Source: Azolla caroliniana (Eukaryota > Plantae > Polypodiophyta). From it: a stretch of DNA of 64,000 bases. Shown in pieces: positions 49,101 through 61,588 of this stretch (position 1 is its first letter; each line of letters begins with the position of its first letter). The notes beneath the pieces are model-generated. The model was given only the letters and a program-made list of their open reading frames with translations. It searched no databases and was not told where the DNA came from. The DNA lies in assembly GCA_043228905.1 (NCBI GenBank), contig JBHGNT010000016.1:9114001-9178000 (forward strand), read 5' to 3'. A program made the translations under genes and the position numbers.

Positions 49101-51720
49101 CTGTTGCCAGCCTCTCCGGATTCTGACCGGCTCAAATAATCCGCGACCGCATGTTGTACTCCCAATCTCTGGTAAATCTCGAATTCGAACTACTGTAGAA
49201 CCAGCGTCCATCGTGCTAGCTTGCCGGTTAGCGATGCCTTGGCAACCAAGTAAAGTAAAGCTGAATGATCTACGTGGAATGAGAATTTCCATCCTAGCAA
49301 ATAGTGACGGAACTTTGTTACGTTGTATATCATTCCCAAGGCTTCCCTTGGGAGAGCTTCCGATTGGCGTGGTAAACCGGCTGGTACCACTTTGGTTCGG
49401 TGAGCTGCATAAGAATGTTGCCGATCGCGATATCCAATGCATCCACAAACAAATGAAATTCCTTTGACCAATCCGGGGGTTGTACGACCGGTGCTTAAGA
49501 CAACATTATTTTGAGCGCATTGTATGCCTTATCCTCCGGTTCTGTCCATTGGAAAGGTGTCGGTGTACAACTGCGTGTAGTGGTGTCACAAGATCGGCCA
49601 AGTATCGGAGCATCCGGCTATGCCAACGGATTTGCCCTAAAAACCGGCTTAGAGCTTTGGCGGTTGTTGGTGCCAGTGCTTTCAGCAATCCCATCCTTAC
49701 TCACAATATAGCCTAGTAGTGTGCCGTTGGTTACCCCGAATACGCATTTCGCCAGGTTCAAACTTCGCCGGTAACCTCTGCATTTCTCCAGGTATAACCA
49801 GAGATGGTCAAGATGTTCTCCTTTCCTGCTGCACACCGCAAAGTCATCCAAGAACAGTTGCATAAACGCTGGGATAAATTCCCCAAAAATTTCCATGATG
49901 ATTCGTTGGAACGTTGCCGGTGCCATGTTTAGTCCAAACATCGTCAAGAACCGCTACAAAGACACCCCATTCGGTGACGAATGTTGTTTTCTCCTGATCA
50001 TCCGGGTGCATCCTGATTTGGTTATACCCACTAAATCCTTCGAGGAAGCTATACACCTCGTGGCCTGCTACTACATCCAAGACTCCATCCGTGAATGGGA
50101 GTGGGAATGCATCAGTGACAGTGGTAGCATTCAATTTCCGGTAATCTACACAGACTCGGATCTTTCCGTTTTTCTTCGGTACCACCACGATCGGGCTTAG
50201 CCAGGTGGCTTTCTTCACCGGCCGGATGAACCCAATCCGCAGCAACTTATGAATCTCTTCTTTTACTTTAGCAACGTAATTCGGATTCATCCGGTAACAT
50301 CTCTGCGCTACCGGCTACCGGTAACTGAATCTGGTGTTGATATAATTGCGGGTCCCGTTCCTGCATGTCTTCATATGACCACGCAAATACGTCCATGAAT
50401 TCTTTCAATAATGTGATCATTGCCGATTTCTCCTCCCGTGGCATTTCCTTGGCCACCTGCACCGATCTTGCCTCTTCGTTGGTTCCCAAATTCACTTCTT
50501 CCAATTGTGATGCTTTCACCCATTCTGATACCACCATCTCCCGCTCTAGGGCCTCTTGTGCTTGTCGTAGTTCCCAGATCGCGTCCCTATCCGGTTCCTC
50601 ACCGGCATCCTCCGGTTGCCCAATATATGGGGACACCGCCTCTGCTACGTCTACTTCGAACAGAGGGACTATCCCTGGGTTTTCATCAAGGTAGCAATCT
50701 ACCTCCTCATCGGCAAGCCCTTCCAGCATATTCACGCTTTCGGCATATAACAATGTTACTTCCTTGCCTGGGCCCGCTTGAGGGTGCGTGGGTACTCTGA
50801 CCTTAGTTTTCCCACTTTGAAACGTAATGTTGTTCTTTTGCCAGTTCTGTTTGATGTGGGCGGTCTGTAACGATGGTCATCCCAACAATAGTGGGTATGC
50901 TCCCTACGCATAAAACTGGAAGACGATGGCAGAAATCCAGAATGCATGGCCTCAGATTATTACCTCCAAATCCCGGATCAATCTAGCCGATCATACTGAG
51001 TTGGTGTCTGCCATCCGGAGCCAAAACGGGCATGGTTCCCATTCTTGGATTCCAAGAGTGTTGCATGTTCGGAGGCTAATTACGTTTACTCCCGACCCGC
51101 CATTGATGATAATGGTGGTGATTGCGGGACTGCTGGTATCGACCACGGCCGGCCCTTCCTCCGGATTTGAAAAGAACATCGGAGCTGATGTGGGGTTTGG
51201 TGGGGCCCATGCTGATTTTAACCCATCGGTGAATCAGGGCACCAATTGGAGTAACCGACCCAATGGTAGCATGATCTGGCATTCTTGTAATGCCCACCAG
51301 TGGGGTTATCCTATTGCGTCATCTCTGTAGGTTCCTCCAATGCGTTCCTTTGCTCCTTCAGTTCAGTAACATTCTGTTCTTTTGCTTTTCAGATCCACTT
51401 CATAGTTTGTTTGTAGATAGCTTCCTAAGCTTCCCATTCAAACATCTTTCCCTTCGATTTAGTGGTGACTTGCTGGATGTCCGCCACTTCCGCAACCACC
51501 ATGTTGACTGCCGGTCATTTGTCGTGACTCTTTACTAGACATTGGTTGCTGTAGTGTCCCTCCTGGCGGCAATAGTAGCAATACGCCTTCCATGTATTGC
51601 TAGACTTTGCTTTTTGCATGTTACCTAGTTGAAATCCGGATTCCAGCCGGTTAGGCTCCTCTACTCTTCTTTGTTCCGTTTGAGCACTAGTTATGCTTCG
51701 GTCCAGCTCTCATTGGTAAA
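43137..51720 (-). mobile_element. Athila/Tat-like (non-chromovirus) Gypsy: gag end, PR, RT, RNase H, partial INT, extra coiled-coil ORF, 3' LTR
   Basis: Zinc knuckle CYYCRQEGHYSNQC near 51540-51585; RT WLSPIVVVPKKNGKIRVCVDYRKLN..FLDDF; INT KWELDFVGP..YYPQANGLAE; E/Q-rich ORF pieces 43650-47420; LTR 43137-43590 with minus-strand TATAAAAGG. Confidence 0.85.
46189..47191 (+). mobile_element. Solo LTR, about 1 kb, TGTCGTGAAG clade
   Basis: TGTCGTGAAGAT..ATCTTCACGACA; homologous to the reverse complement of 58866-60044; flanks GCGC / ACAC. Confidence 0.9.
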
Positions 51721-53404
51721 TGTTACCGGCTGGCAAGAAGGCTTAAGGAGGTCCAAATCAGAGTGTGAAAAGGAATAGTTTATTTGGGAACTGTTGTAAT
51801 TAGTAATCTTAAAATATATAGTAATATATGAGAAGATGTGGACGGACGGACCGGAATCGGTATGCCGATCCGGATCCGGAACGATCCCATAAAGGTGTCG
51901 GTTGGCACCGTTTTGTATTTCGCACCGGAGACCTATATAAAGGCCCGGTTACAATGTAATAAGGAGCGGATAATTAATAGAGCTTATTGTCTTAATCTCC
52001 CAGTGTTGATTACCCGTTCTGTATACATTGTTATATCTTATGTGTGTTAATTATGGATTTCTAAGTAACCAATTAAGGTCTAATTAAGCGTTGTGCTGTA
52101 AGTCATTCTGCCAGACGGCCCAGTTACGGAGAGAGCACGAAGACTTGCTGAACGGAGAAGGCGGCAAGAGGCTTTCCAACAAGCAGCGGAAGAAATCCGA
52201 ACGGATCAATCATTTTCCAAAGTGATCCGAAAAGTGGTGGAGTCGCTCCGTCTGCAAAAAAACGCCTACTCGGACGAAGGAAGCAGCTTAAGCAGCCTCC
52301 GGGAAGTGGAAACCCTTCTCCTGGCCTTGGCCGGAAGAGACGGCGAATCCGAAGCATTTTCAGCGCTGGAATCGGATTCGGAAGGGGGTTACCGCGCGCA
52401 CACGAACTATCGCAGCAGTAAGGACACCCCAGGAGGACCGGAGGACGAGGAGTCGGATACATTACCGACACCGGAACCAGAGTTGGCAGACCGGGAACCT
52501 CCAAATGTAATAAGCCTCCGGGCGTGCGATGCTCTTGGAATCCAAGAGTGGGAGCCATGTCCGTTCTGGCTCCGAATGGAGGACACAAGCTCAGTGCGAC
52601 CGACTGGATTAATACGGGACTTAGAAGTAACCATCGAGGGCCACACATTTTGAATCTCAACCGTAGTTCTCCAGTTGCAGGCTTCAAGGAGCGTACCCAT
52701 TATTGTTGGGACACCCTTGGTTAAAGACGGCACACATCAAGCTGAACTGGAGGAGGAATATGATTACGTTCTGGCGGGGAAAAGGGAAGGTACGGGTACC
52801 AACACAACCAAGGAAGGGCACCGGCAAGGATCTGACACCGTTATATGCAGAGTGCATCAATATGCTGGAAGGATTAGCAGACAAAGAAGACGATCAGTAC
52901 TTGTAGGAGAACCCGAAGATTGTACCCCTATTCGAAATTGACGTCGCCGAAGCGGTATCACCCTACTTATTGCAACCGGACGGAACCGAAGCGGAACTGG
53001 ATAAAGAAGCAATCTGGGAGTTACGGCAGGCGCAGGAGGCGTTCGAAAGAGAAATGGCCGTATCACAACGCGTAAAAGCGTCTCAATTAGAAGAGCTAAT
53101 ACTAGGAACGGCGGAGGAGGCAAAACCGGTGCACATCGCCAAAGAAATGAATGTAGAGAACAAAACGGCGATAATCACATTCAACGAGTTTCGCGACGTA
53201 TTTGCCTGGTCTTACGAAGATATGAGAGGGCTGGATCCTCAGTTGTATCAGCACCAGATACATTTGAGCAAAGACACCAAGCCGGTAGCACAACGTCGGC
53301 ACCGGATGAAGCCAAACTACGCCGCCAAAGTCAAGGAGGAAATCGACAAAATGCTGAGGGTTGGCTTCATCCGTCCCGTAAAGAAAGCTACCTGGCTCAG
53401 CCCG
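51721..53404 (+). mobile_element. Second Athila/Tat-like copy, 5' part with deletions (LTR about 51721-52127, gag piece, PR, RT start)
   Basis: 52500-53404 is closely homologous to the reverse complement of 50190-51090 (WEPCPFWLRM, NYAAKVKEEIDK); the LTR shares GGTTGGCACCG..CCTATA with 43137-43590. Confidence 0.82.
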
Positions 53405-54918
53405 ATCGATGCCGCCGGATGCTGTCGGTTACCGGTGCCTCGCCGGATGCCGTCGTCTCACCGGCGCCGGATACCGGTGCCGCCGCCGGATGCCGGATTG
53501 CCGTCGGATGCCGCCGGATCACCGGCTCCATCGCCGGTCCGGTTTTGGTTGGCCAAAACCCTTTACGAGTAGCTAGCCCACCTCCACTCTAGTTCAAGTT
53601 ACCTTGAACTCTCTATGCTCCACACATAGACACAAATATAATATCTTTTGCTCTACCTTATATATGATGAGAGCCGTATTTGTCGTGCCTATGTGGGATA
53701 TCTCACAATTTTCTCTTTTCCTTTTACAAACTTTATACCCTCATATCTTGACATTTAGTTGTTCGTTTCTCGTGTAATAAAGTGCATTCGAAACCTCCAT
53801 CATTTTGTACTTAGATATTAAATTTATTTAAAATGTTATCTTCACAATTATTGTATTATGTGATTCATACTCGATTTCGTACGTTTTATGTGATTTTCAC
53901 ACTATTGCCGAAAATCTTCACGACATCCACCCCCATCAAACCGCACGTCCACTGGTACGTGCCAAGAAGAGAGAAGGTGAGATTTCGGCTACGATGATCA
54001 ATTAGATTCCTCCAGGTCAACTTTTACATCCGCCCTATTATGTTCATCGTCCAGGTAATCGAGGTCAGGATCCTTGTCTTGTCTTTTCTTGAAAATCTTT
54101 ACTCTTTTTCCCGCAATGGGTACGACTAACCTTGATCCGTCTAGTTCCGCAAGGTGGTATGTGGCATTATCGTTGGCACTTGTCACCACATACGGCCCGA
54201 ACCATCCTCTTGCGAATTTCCTTGTTGTACTGTGTTGATTGTCAAGGGTGCTATCGTAAACCAAAACCCAATCCCCTTCTTCAATCTTATTGGGACGAAG
54301 TCGATGCGTGTTGTCGAACCGAACCTTGTTCTTTACTCAGGCTGCCTTTATCATCTTTCGCGCTTTTTCTAATTTCTTTCGGATTCGTAGGGCCTCCTCC
54401 TTTGTCAACGAAGCATCTGTCGTCAATGTTCTTAGGAATCTACCGATGAGTAACCACTCTCCTTCGTACTCGTTCTCGTTGAAGGCGTGGAGGGTTTGCG
54501 TGTCCTGGTCTTCTGCCGACAATTGAGCCATCTTGAAGAAGTCGAGGGAGACATCTTCATCTTCCGAAACCATGTTACTTCCATTTGAAAATCTTGCCCT
54601 CGACAGCATGTCAGCCATGGCGTTCTTCTTCCCTGCAATGTGACGGATCTCTGGGTTTAAAGACTTGATGTAGGTGATCCACCTTAGCATAGCAAGATCT
54701 GGGGTCGCACATCCCGAGACCATTCCGAGAATTGGGAGACAATCTGTCTCTATTATCACTTCGGACCCGATCAGGTAATCTTTGTCCATCTTCACTGCCG
54801 ACACAATACCCCAGAGTTCCCGCTTGACTTGGGCATATCTTTGTTGCCGTTCGCTGAGAACCTTTGCTCCGAACCGGATGGCATATCGCGCATTATCTTC
54901 ACCTTCTTGATTGATGAC

Positions 54919-56538
54919 TCACCCGATTCCGGTTGGGCTCGTATCTACGGTCACGTAAATTTGTTTCCCTTCGGCATAGTCGGCCTTCCTTAGTGCCAGA
55001 GCTTCAAGAAGCAGTTTCTTTAATCTTTGCATCGCCTTTGTGTGCTCGTCTCGCCATTCGAACTTTATTCTTTTCTTTAGTAGTCCATATAACGGTTTGG
55101 TGACATGAGCGTAGTGAGGAATCCATATATGATAAAATGCGCACGCTCCAAGGAACCTTCGAACCTCCGTTTGGTTTTCGCATTCTTCTTTCATGTCTTG
55201 GATTGTGTTCACTTTGGATGGCGAGGGCTTCTGGCCGTATGCTCCACACAAGTGACCTACCACCAAGATCTCCGGTTGCCCGAATGCGGATTTTTCTCCC
55301 GAAAATGTCAAATTCGCATCTTCGAGCCTTTGAAGCACCTTCTCGCAATCTTTCATATGATCCGCAACGAACTTTCTACAACCTTCCTTATTTTTCGATT
55401 CATCTTTCTCCTCATCCAAACATCCTTTTATCGGAATATCATCCAAGAATGACATCGTGATGTCCGGAATGCAATCCTTCAAGACTTTATTCATGGCATT
55501 CACCATATGAGCCACCGAGTTCGTTGCGCCTTGGGGCAAGGTACACATCCGCACAAGCCCGATCGGAGTCCTCATGGTTGTAATGTCCCGACTCTCGATC
55601 GCCAATTGGAATTGGTCATATCCGGAGTAGAGATCGCCAATGGAGTAGATGGACCGGCCCGCAAACGCTTCGGCAAATTCGTCCACGCTCGGACCGATTC
55701 CGGCATTTCGAATTGTCACCTTGTTGACGGGTTGAAGATCTTGGATGAATCGCAATGATCCATTCTTCTTCGGCACCGTTAACCACCTATTGGAATAAGG
55801 AGCATTTGACGGTTCTAGAATTCCCATACTCACCTTCTCCTTTAAGAGCTCGATTAGCTTTGGAAGGTGAGCTCTCAGAACCGGTATCGGTTTCAAATTC
55901 CAAGGCACATGAGGTACCGTGAAGATCACCATCGGCTCTATAACCTTTGGGTCGGCGCATCCGATTTCTCGTGGGAAGAATGCGAAAGCCTTCCCATGTC
56001 TCTCAAGCATATCGCGAAAAATTTGCTCCTCTTCAGGGAGAAGGAAATCCTCCTTTCCAACTTGTAGCTTCCCCTTCATCTCTTTGGTGAAGACATGACC
56101 TATCTTCTTTGGATCTCTTAAGCTTGGATCGTTAGCGACTTCCTTAAACTTTTGCCAGCTATCTTCCGGTAGCGGAACCGCAACTGGCTTGATCTTCTTA
56201 TCCACCATTTTATATTTGGTGTTGATGTCAGCTTCCTTCATCGAGATGCCACGACGGTATTCATCGATGATAGCGTACATGTTGACGGAGTTAACCGAAA
56301 TCATGCGTTGATTGTGAAGATAGCTCAAGTCCACGACGTCCTCGATTTCGTCGATGGTGTCGTTAAATGAGGCTTCTTTCATAATATGAGTCACGAACTC
56401 TCCTTCTTCTATTATGTTTTCTTCTTTCAGCATCTTCTCAAATTCTTGTATCCGGCGCTTGTGCTTCTTGTCGGGTAGTACTAGTTTACATGCGCCACTA
56501 GGTGTGACACATGTTGCTTCTCCTCGCAATCCACGCAC
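54919..56538 (-). pseudogene. pol: Gypsy reverse transcriptase, 539-codon open segment
   Basis: DLYSGYDQ, LPQGATNSV, FLDDIPIKG and VRRFLG motifs; stop and frameshifts elsewhere in pol. Confidence 0.92.
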
Positions 56539-57025
56539 TCTTCTTTCTCGTGGGGTCTTGTGATTGCTCGGACTATTTGTGCCCCATGCTTCAATAGTCC
56601 GCTCTAAAAATCCGAGGATTCGCCTCCGAGACTATCTCGATTCCTTTCATGATTGGCTCACACCGTTAGGAATTGGACCGATCTTTGGTTGTCAAGACTC
56701 TTTATTTGTGCAAAGGCTGCTCCATTATCGAACACTTTGGTCTCCATCCGAGATGATATGATATAAGGTTGCCCTAGGATGACAGGATGTGACGCCGATT
56801 CTTGTACGAAGAAGTGTTGATCCATCTCCACATCCCTGATCGTGACTTTGATATTGGGACAAGCTCCGTACAAGTCCTCCGTAGACTTTGTTGCTGCGCA
56901 AATCTTCCATCCGTGGTTTGTATTGATTGGCCATCTTCCCTTTTTGTAGAAGTCGGTTGACATGAGGTTGATCTCCAAGCCGTGGTCGATCAAGGCTACC
57001 ACGGTCTCTTTCTTCTCTCCAATCT

Positions 57026-58804
57026 TCACCGGTGTCTCCGTTGTCGCTCGTGCCCAATGAGGTCGAGTATAGTGGATTCCACCATATCTTCATCGACTTC
57101 GTCTCTTGCCATCGTTATGGCATTTGTTTTTGCTTTTTGCGGCTTCTCTTCTTCCTCGTTCGATTGTTGTCTCTTTCTCTTTACAAGGTCCACAATCGTG
57201 TCATGGAACTCCTTCGTAATGCCAAGCAATTCCCTCAAGGACAAAGTTATGTGGCTATCAAGAACTCGTTCTTCGAGAATATTCTTTAGGTCCGTTGTCT
57301 GCTCTATGTCCGACCTTAGCTTATAGGTAGGTATAGTCCTAGTCCTCCGAGCGGGCTCTTCGACACCAACCTTCACGGGCCGCACCGTTTCTTCAACTTG
57401 TATGCTCGGCTCCCCTTTTCGGCTTGATTCTCGTTCCTCCGATTGTAAAGGTCGACTCGTCTCCGCATCGTCCTTCTTTTTCGCGTTCCTTGTTTCATGT
57501 ATTTTAGATGGGCCTTGCTCTTCTATTCTCTTTCTCTTTTCTTCGACGAACACCTCGTGGTTGTCGCACATCACCTCTGCGAGTATGGTGTTGTCGTCCA
57601 TCGGATCCGACCACCCGGTTATGCTTTGCACGCTTCGGTCCGCAAGCTCTACCTCGTTCGATGTGACTTTTCCCTTCTTCTCATATTCGAGAACGGAAGT
57701 CCAAAACTTTGCTCCCGCTCTAGCAGCTTCAGTCTTGTCTTTCCCGACTCTTATTCCGGCCGATGCAGCATAGTGCATCGCATCCACATGAGTCGCATCG
57801 GCATCCTCCATAGATTTCTTCATTCCTCCTCTTCCAAAATTCACCCGTAGGGGTCTTCTAGTCTCGCTTGAGCAGATCATGTTGTCCTCTATGTATACGA
57901 TATTTTGTCGAATAGCCTCTCGAAGGCTCGCACAATCCCTTTTCATGTGCTCCATGCTATCGCACCACACGCATCTAAAGGGTTCTTTTCCTTTAGGCCC
58001 CCAACGATTCATGTTGGCTAGCGTGACCTTCTCGAACTTCTTCGCTAGCTCTTCAATGATGTCGTCATCAATCTTCTTTTCTTCCACGTTACTTTGTCTT
58101 GGCGGCTCAGCTACTTTCGGCGGTCTTGCTTTCTCCGTGGTAGTCGATCCCGTCAAGTCGGTGTCATCAACCCATTGGCGATGCTTGTCGAGCCTATTGC
58201 ATGCCCGCTTCACCGCGATCCAGTCCACTACGAGCCCATTTGCTTGGGTATCATCTTCGAGAAGAGTTCCCAACTCCCGTCTATCCTTTATGTCCACGGC
58301 CTTCAAGAAGTACAAAGTCTTGTCCTCTTCAAGCAACACTTGGTCCGTGTTGAGGAGACGACTAAACATCTGGTCGAATTCGTCGTACACCCTCGAGACG
58401 CTCATCTTCTTATTCTTCTTCTCTATCCACTTCATCAGGGCATGTCAAGTCATCCTCGTTGAGTCTTCAGTCACGAACTCCGCTAGTATCGTTTTCTCGA
58501 ACTCGGACCATGTTGTCTTACCTTCTTGAAGCTCGATGACACATCTTTGGATGTTGTTGGCGGCAACTCTCTTGAAGCTTGCGATTTGACGTGCCTCGGA
58601 CACGTCCCTCTGATTCATCTCCCTTCTATATGCATCAAGGAACTTCGTAACGTTCCTTCCATCGAATTGGCCCTCGAGCTCTACGACACGATCGACAGCC
58701 TTCTCCACGCTCGCGTCGTTGTCCCGAGATCTCATCATTTGCTCGACAATTAGCATCATCCTTTCGAGCTCTCCTGCTTGGTTGCTTGAGGACGCCATCT
58801 CCAA
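57026..58804 (-). pseudogene. gag: Gypsy gag, one stop and one frameshift
   Basis: CVWCDSMEHMKRDC knuckle; follows the PBS directly. Confidence 0.88.
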
Positions 58805-60110
58805 GTATTAATCTCGACTTGATCCTTCCTACCGCCTCTTTCACGTCGGGTTCACCACTTAATTATGTCGTGAAGATCCGTCACTACGCGCGGATCGTGA
58901 GGCGGAACCGCCGGGGTTCTGGACCGGAAGGATTCAAAGTCGGTACAAGCTTTGGCGCAAGCTTTAGCGAGAAAGTACTTAAGATAGATTGGGAAAGAGA
59001 GAAGTTGAGATTACACGATTGAGAGAGATTGATTGAACTTTTAACTTTAGATTTAACAAAATAAGTTACACGATCAATTTGATAACGAATTTCCTCTTCT
59101 TAATTTCATAACAAAAAAACCATGTTTTTTCTCCTCCCCCTTCCTTCTTTTATAGATGCTCTCATGCATATGATGCATGTGAGGGTACAAGACATGCATA
59201 AATTGCATGTTTGCCATTTGGCGCTTATGTATTACATGTGGTGCATGATAACCATGTCACTCAGTTTAGCTCTCATGTATGAGAATTTACATGTAAAAGT
59301 ACAGTGATAGAAATATAAATTCAACTAAATAGCATGGCTTAATGGTAAGCCAATTGACTCCGAACTTGGAGGTGCAAGGTTTGAATCCTTACTTGCCCTC
59401 CTTGTATATGTATATATATTTATATATTTATTTATCTAGTCGCCGGTTCGTCGGATGCCGTCGGTTGCCGTCGGATACCGGTGCCGCCGTCGGATGCCGT
59501 CAGTTACCGGTGCCTCGCCGGATGCCGTCGTCTCACCGGTGCTGCCGCCGGATGCCGTAGCCGGATTCCGTCGTCTCATCGGCGCTGGATACCGGTGCCG
59601 CTGCCGAATGCCGGATTGCCGTCGGATGCCGCCGGATCACCGGCTCCATCGCCGGTCCGGTTTTGGTTGGCCAAAACCCTTTACGAGTAGCTAGCCCACC
59701 TCCACTCTTAGTTCAAGTTACCTTGAACTCTCTATGCTCCACACATAGACACAAAGATAATATCTTTTGCTCTACCTTATATATGATGAGAGCCATATTT
59801 GTCGTGCCTATGTGGGATATCTCACAATTTTCTCTTTTTCTTTTACAAACTTTATACCCTCATATCTTGACATTTAGTTGTTCGTTTCTCGTGTAATAAA
59901 GTGCATTCGAAACCTCCATCATTTTGTACTTAGATATTAGATTTATTTAAAATTTTATCTTCACAATTATTGTATTATGTGATTCATACTCGATTTCGTA
60001 GATTTTATGGGATTTTCACACTATTGTCGAAAATCTTCACGACACCGTAAAGGTGCCGGTTGGCACCGTTTTGTATTTCGCACCGGAGACCTATATACAG
60101 GCCCGGTTAT

Positions 60111-60701
60111 CCAGGTGTATAGAATACTACGGTAAATTCTCACCACGGGATATTATATGGTCATGCCTGTAACACATGGGGTGCCAACTTGGTCCTTTTC
60201 TCCCTGGGGATGAATGCATAGGCTTCGCATCCGAATATACAAAGCCTATCCTAGGTCGGTTGTTTGCTTGACCATAGTGCATGTGGCACTTCGAACCTTA
60301 TTGCTTTCGATTGTGATAGGTTTATCAGGGAAACTGCCATCTGCAACGTTTCAGCCTTGCTAGAGCATTATCTTCACCCTCTCCTGGATCGTTCGGTTGA
60401 TCAGTTCAGCCACTCCATGTGCATGGGTGTGTATGGAACAATCGTTTGGTGTCGGATCCCTGTGTCAGACAGGTACTGTTTGAAGGCTCGGGAGGTATAC
60501 TCACCTCTGTTATCGGATCAAAGTGTCTTCACTTGGTATCCAGATCGGTTCTCCAGTTCGAGTAACCATCGAGCAAAGATCTCGAATGCTTCGTCTTTTT
60601 ACCTAATCGAATAGGCCCAGAATTTCCGTGTACAATCATCGATGAAATTGATGAAGTATCGGGAGCCACCTAGTGATCTTTCAAGCATCAGCCTACATAT
60701 G
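60111..60701 (-). pseudogene. Copia integrase core fragment (continuation of element A)
   Basis: Minus strand reads ICRLMLERSLGGSRYFINFIDDCTRKFW, continuing LELIHTDDI at 6755. Confidence 0.85.
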
Positions 60702-61588
60702 TGTTAGGAATATGTCCCTCCTATGGGAAGAGCTGACAGTCGATGACAAGGAGGAGTCAACATGGAGAGTCGATAACATATATGTAATCCAAGTCGAAGA
60801 CATGACTGACTAGCTGGGTCAACGACAGTGCGACTAGTCGCCGACTAGAGAGTCAACATAAGAGTCGTCTATTCGAATCGACTAGTCAACCAGTCGTCGG
60901 TTGATTAACTTCTACTACAATAATAGGAATGATAGTAGCAATGGCTCCATTTGTAAATAGCCCATATTACGTATAAGTATAAATACATTTAGGGCAAACA
61001 TAGAGGTGTAGAACAGTAGATGCAAATTAGAGTTTCTGTAGTTGTGTGATGTAGTGTGAAGAAAAGAGAGTGAGAGAGTGTCCGCAGAGTTTAGCGAACC
61101 TGCCAAGAACCCTAAGTGGTTATCCTATGAGCATTTGAGAAGGGTTATAACTATTCTTTGTATTCTCTGTGTATAGTGGAAGATCTGTTCTCCCGTGGTT
61201 TTCCCCGTTTAGGGTTTCGACGTTAAACATTGTGTATTGTGCATTTGCTGTTTTTCAATTTTTTCCGCGTTATTGTGTATTTCGTAGTTGATCTTTCTCA
61301 TAGATCTGTGATCAAATCCCTTCAAACTGGTATCAAAGCAAGAGGTGCAAAGATGGAAGGAGGTGTGAGCGGCTTCTCAAGAATGATGGTCCTGAACTCT
61401 CAAAACTATGCAGACTAGAAGATCTCTTCATATTTCAAGACCTGTACGAGCCCATCGATAGAGTAGAAATACCCACGGGGGTGTTAGATTCTGAATGGAA
61501 ACTTCTGAACAGAAAGGTGGTGGCCACCATCAGAAAATGTGTTGTTGTAAGTGTCCTTCAACATGTGGCGAACGACACAAATGCCTAT
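60702..61588 (+). mobile_element. Copia 5' end (LTR 60702-61324, iMet PBS 61328-61339, gag start 61353); probable 5' end of element D
   Basis: LTR is homologous to the reverse complement of 6756-7440; TGGTATCAAAGC; MEGGVSGFSRMMVLNSQNY. Confidence 0.88.

Larger units (their letters stand above)
53405..60044 (-). mobile_element. Gypsy (Trp clade), near complete but with integrase core deleted and 3' LTR truncated
   Basis: 5' LTR 58866-60044; PBS 58840-58857; gag 57026-58804; PR 56658-57029; RT 54919-56538; RNase H; INT C-terminus 53998-54264; PPT-like 53926-53935; 3' LTR 53405-53925. Confidence 0.92.

Noticed and set aside
57402-58529. Long plus-strand S/F-rich ORFs, likewise 16289-16804 on the minus strand
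   Set aside because: Antisense shadows of purine-rich gag frames
59331-59398. Functional tRNA gene
   Set aside because: No convincing 7-bp acceptor stem or canonical anticodon loop, and it recurs as part of LTRs; kept only as a tRNA-like module
59342-59694. R/P/C-rich ORFs (also the tail of ORF 52970-53572)
   Set aside because: Arise from GC-rich CCGGATGCCG repeats within the LTR
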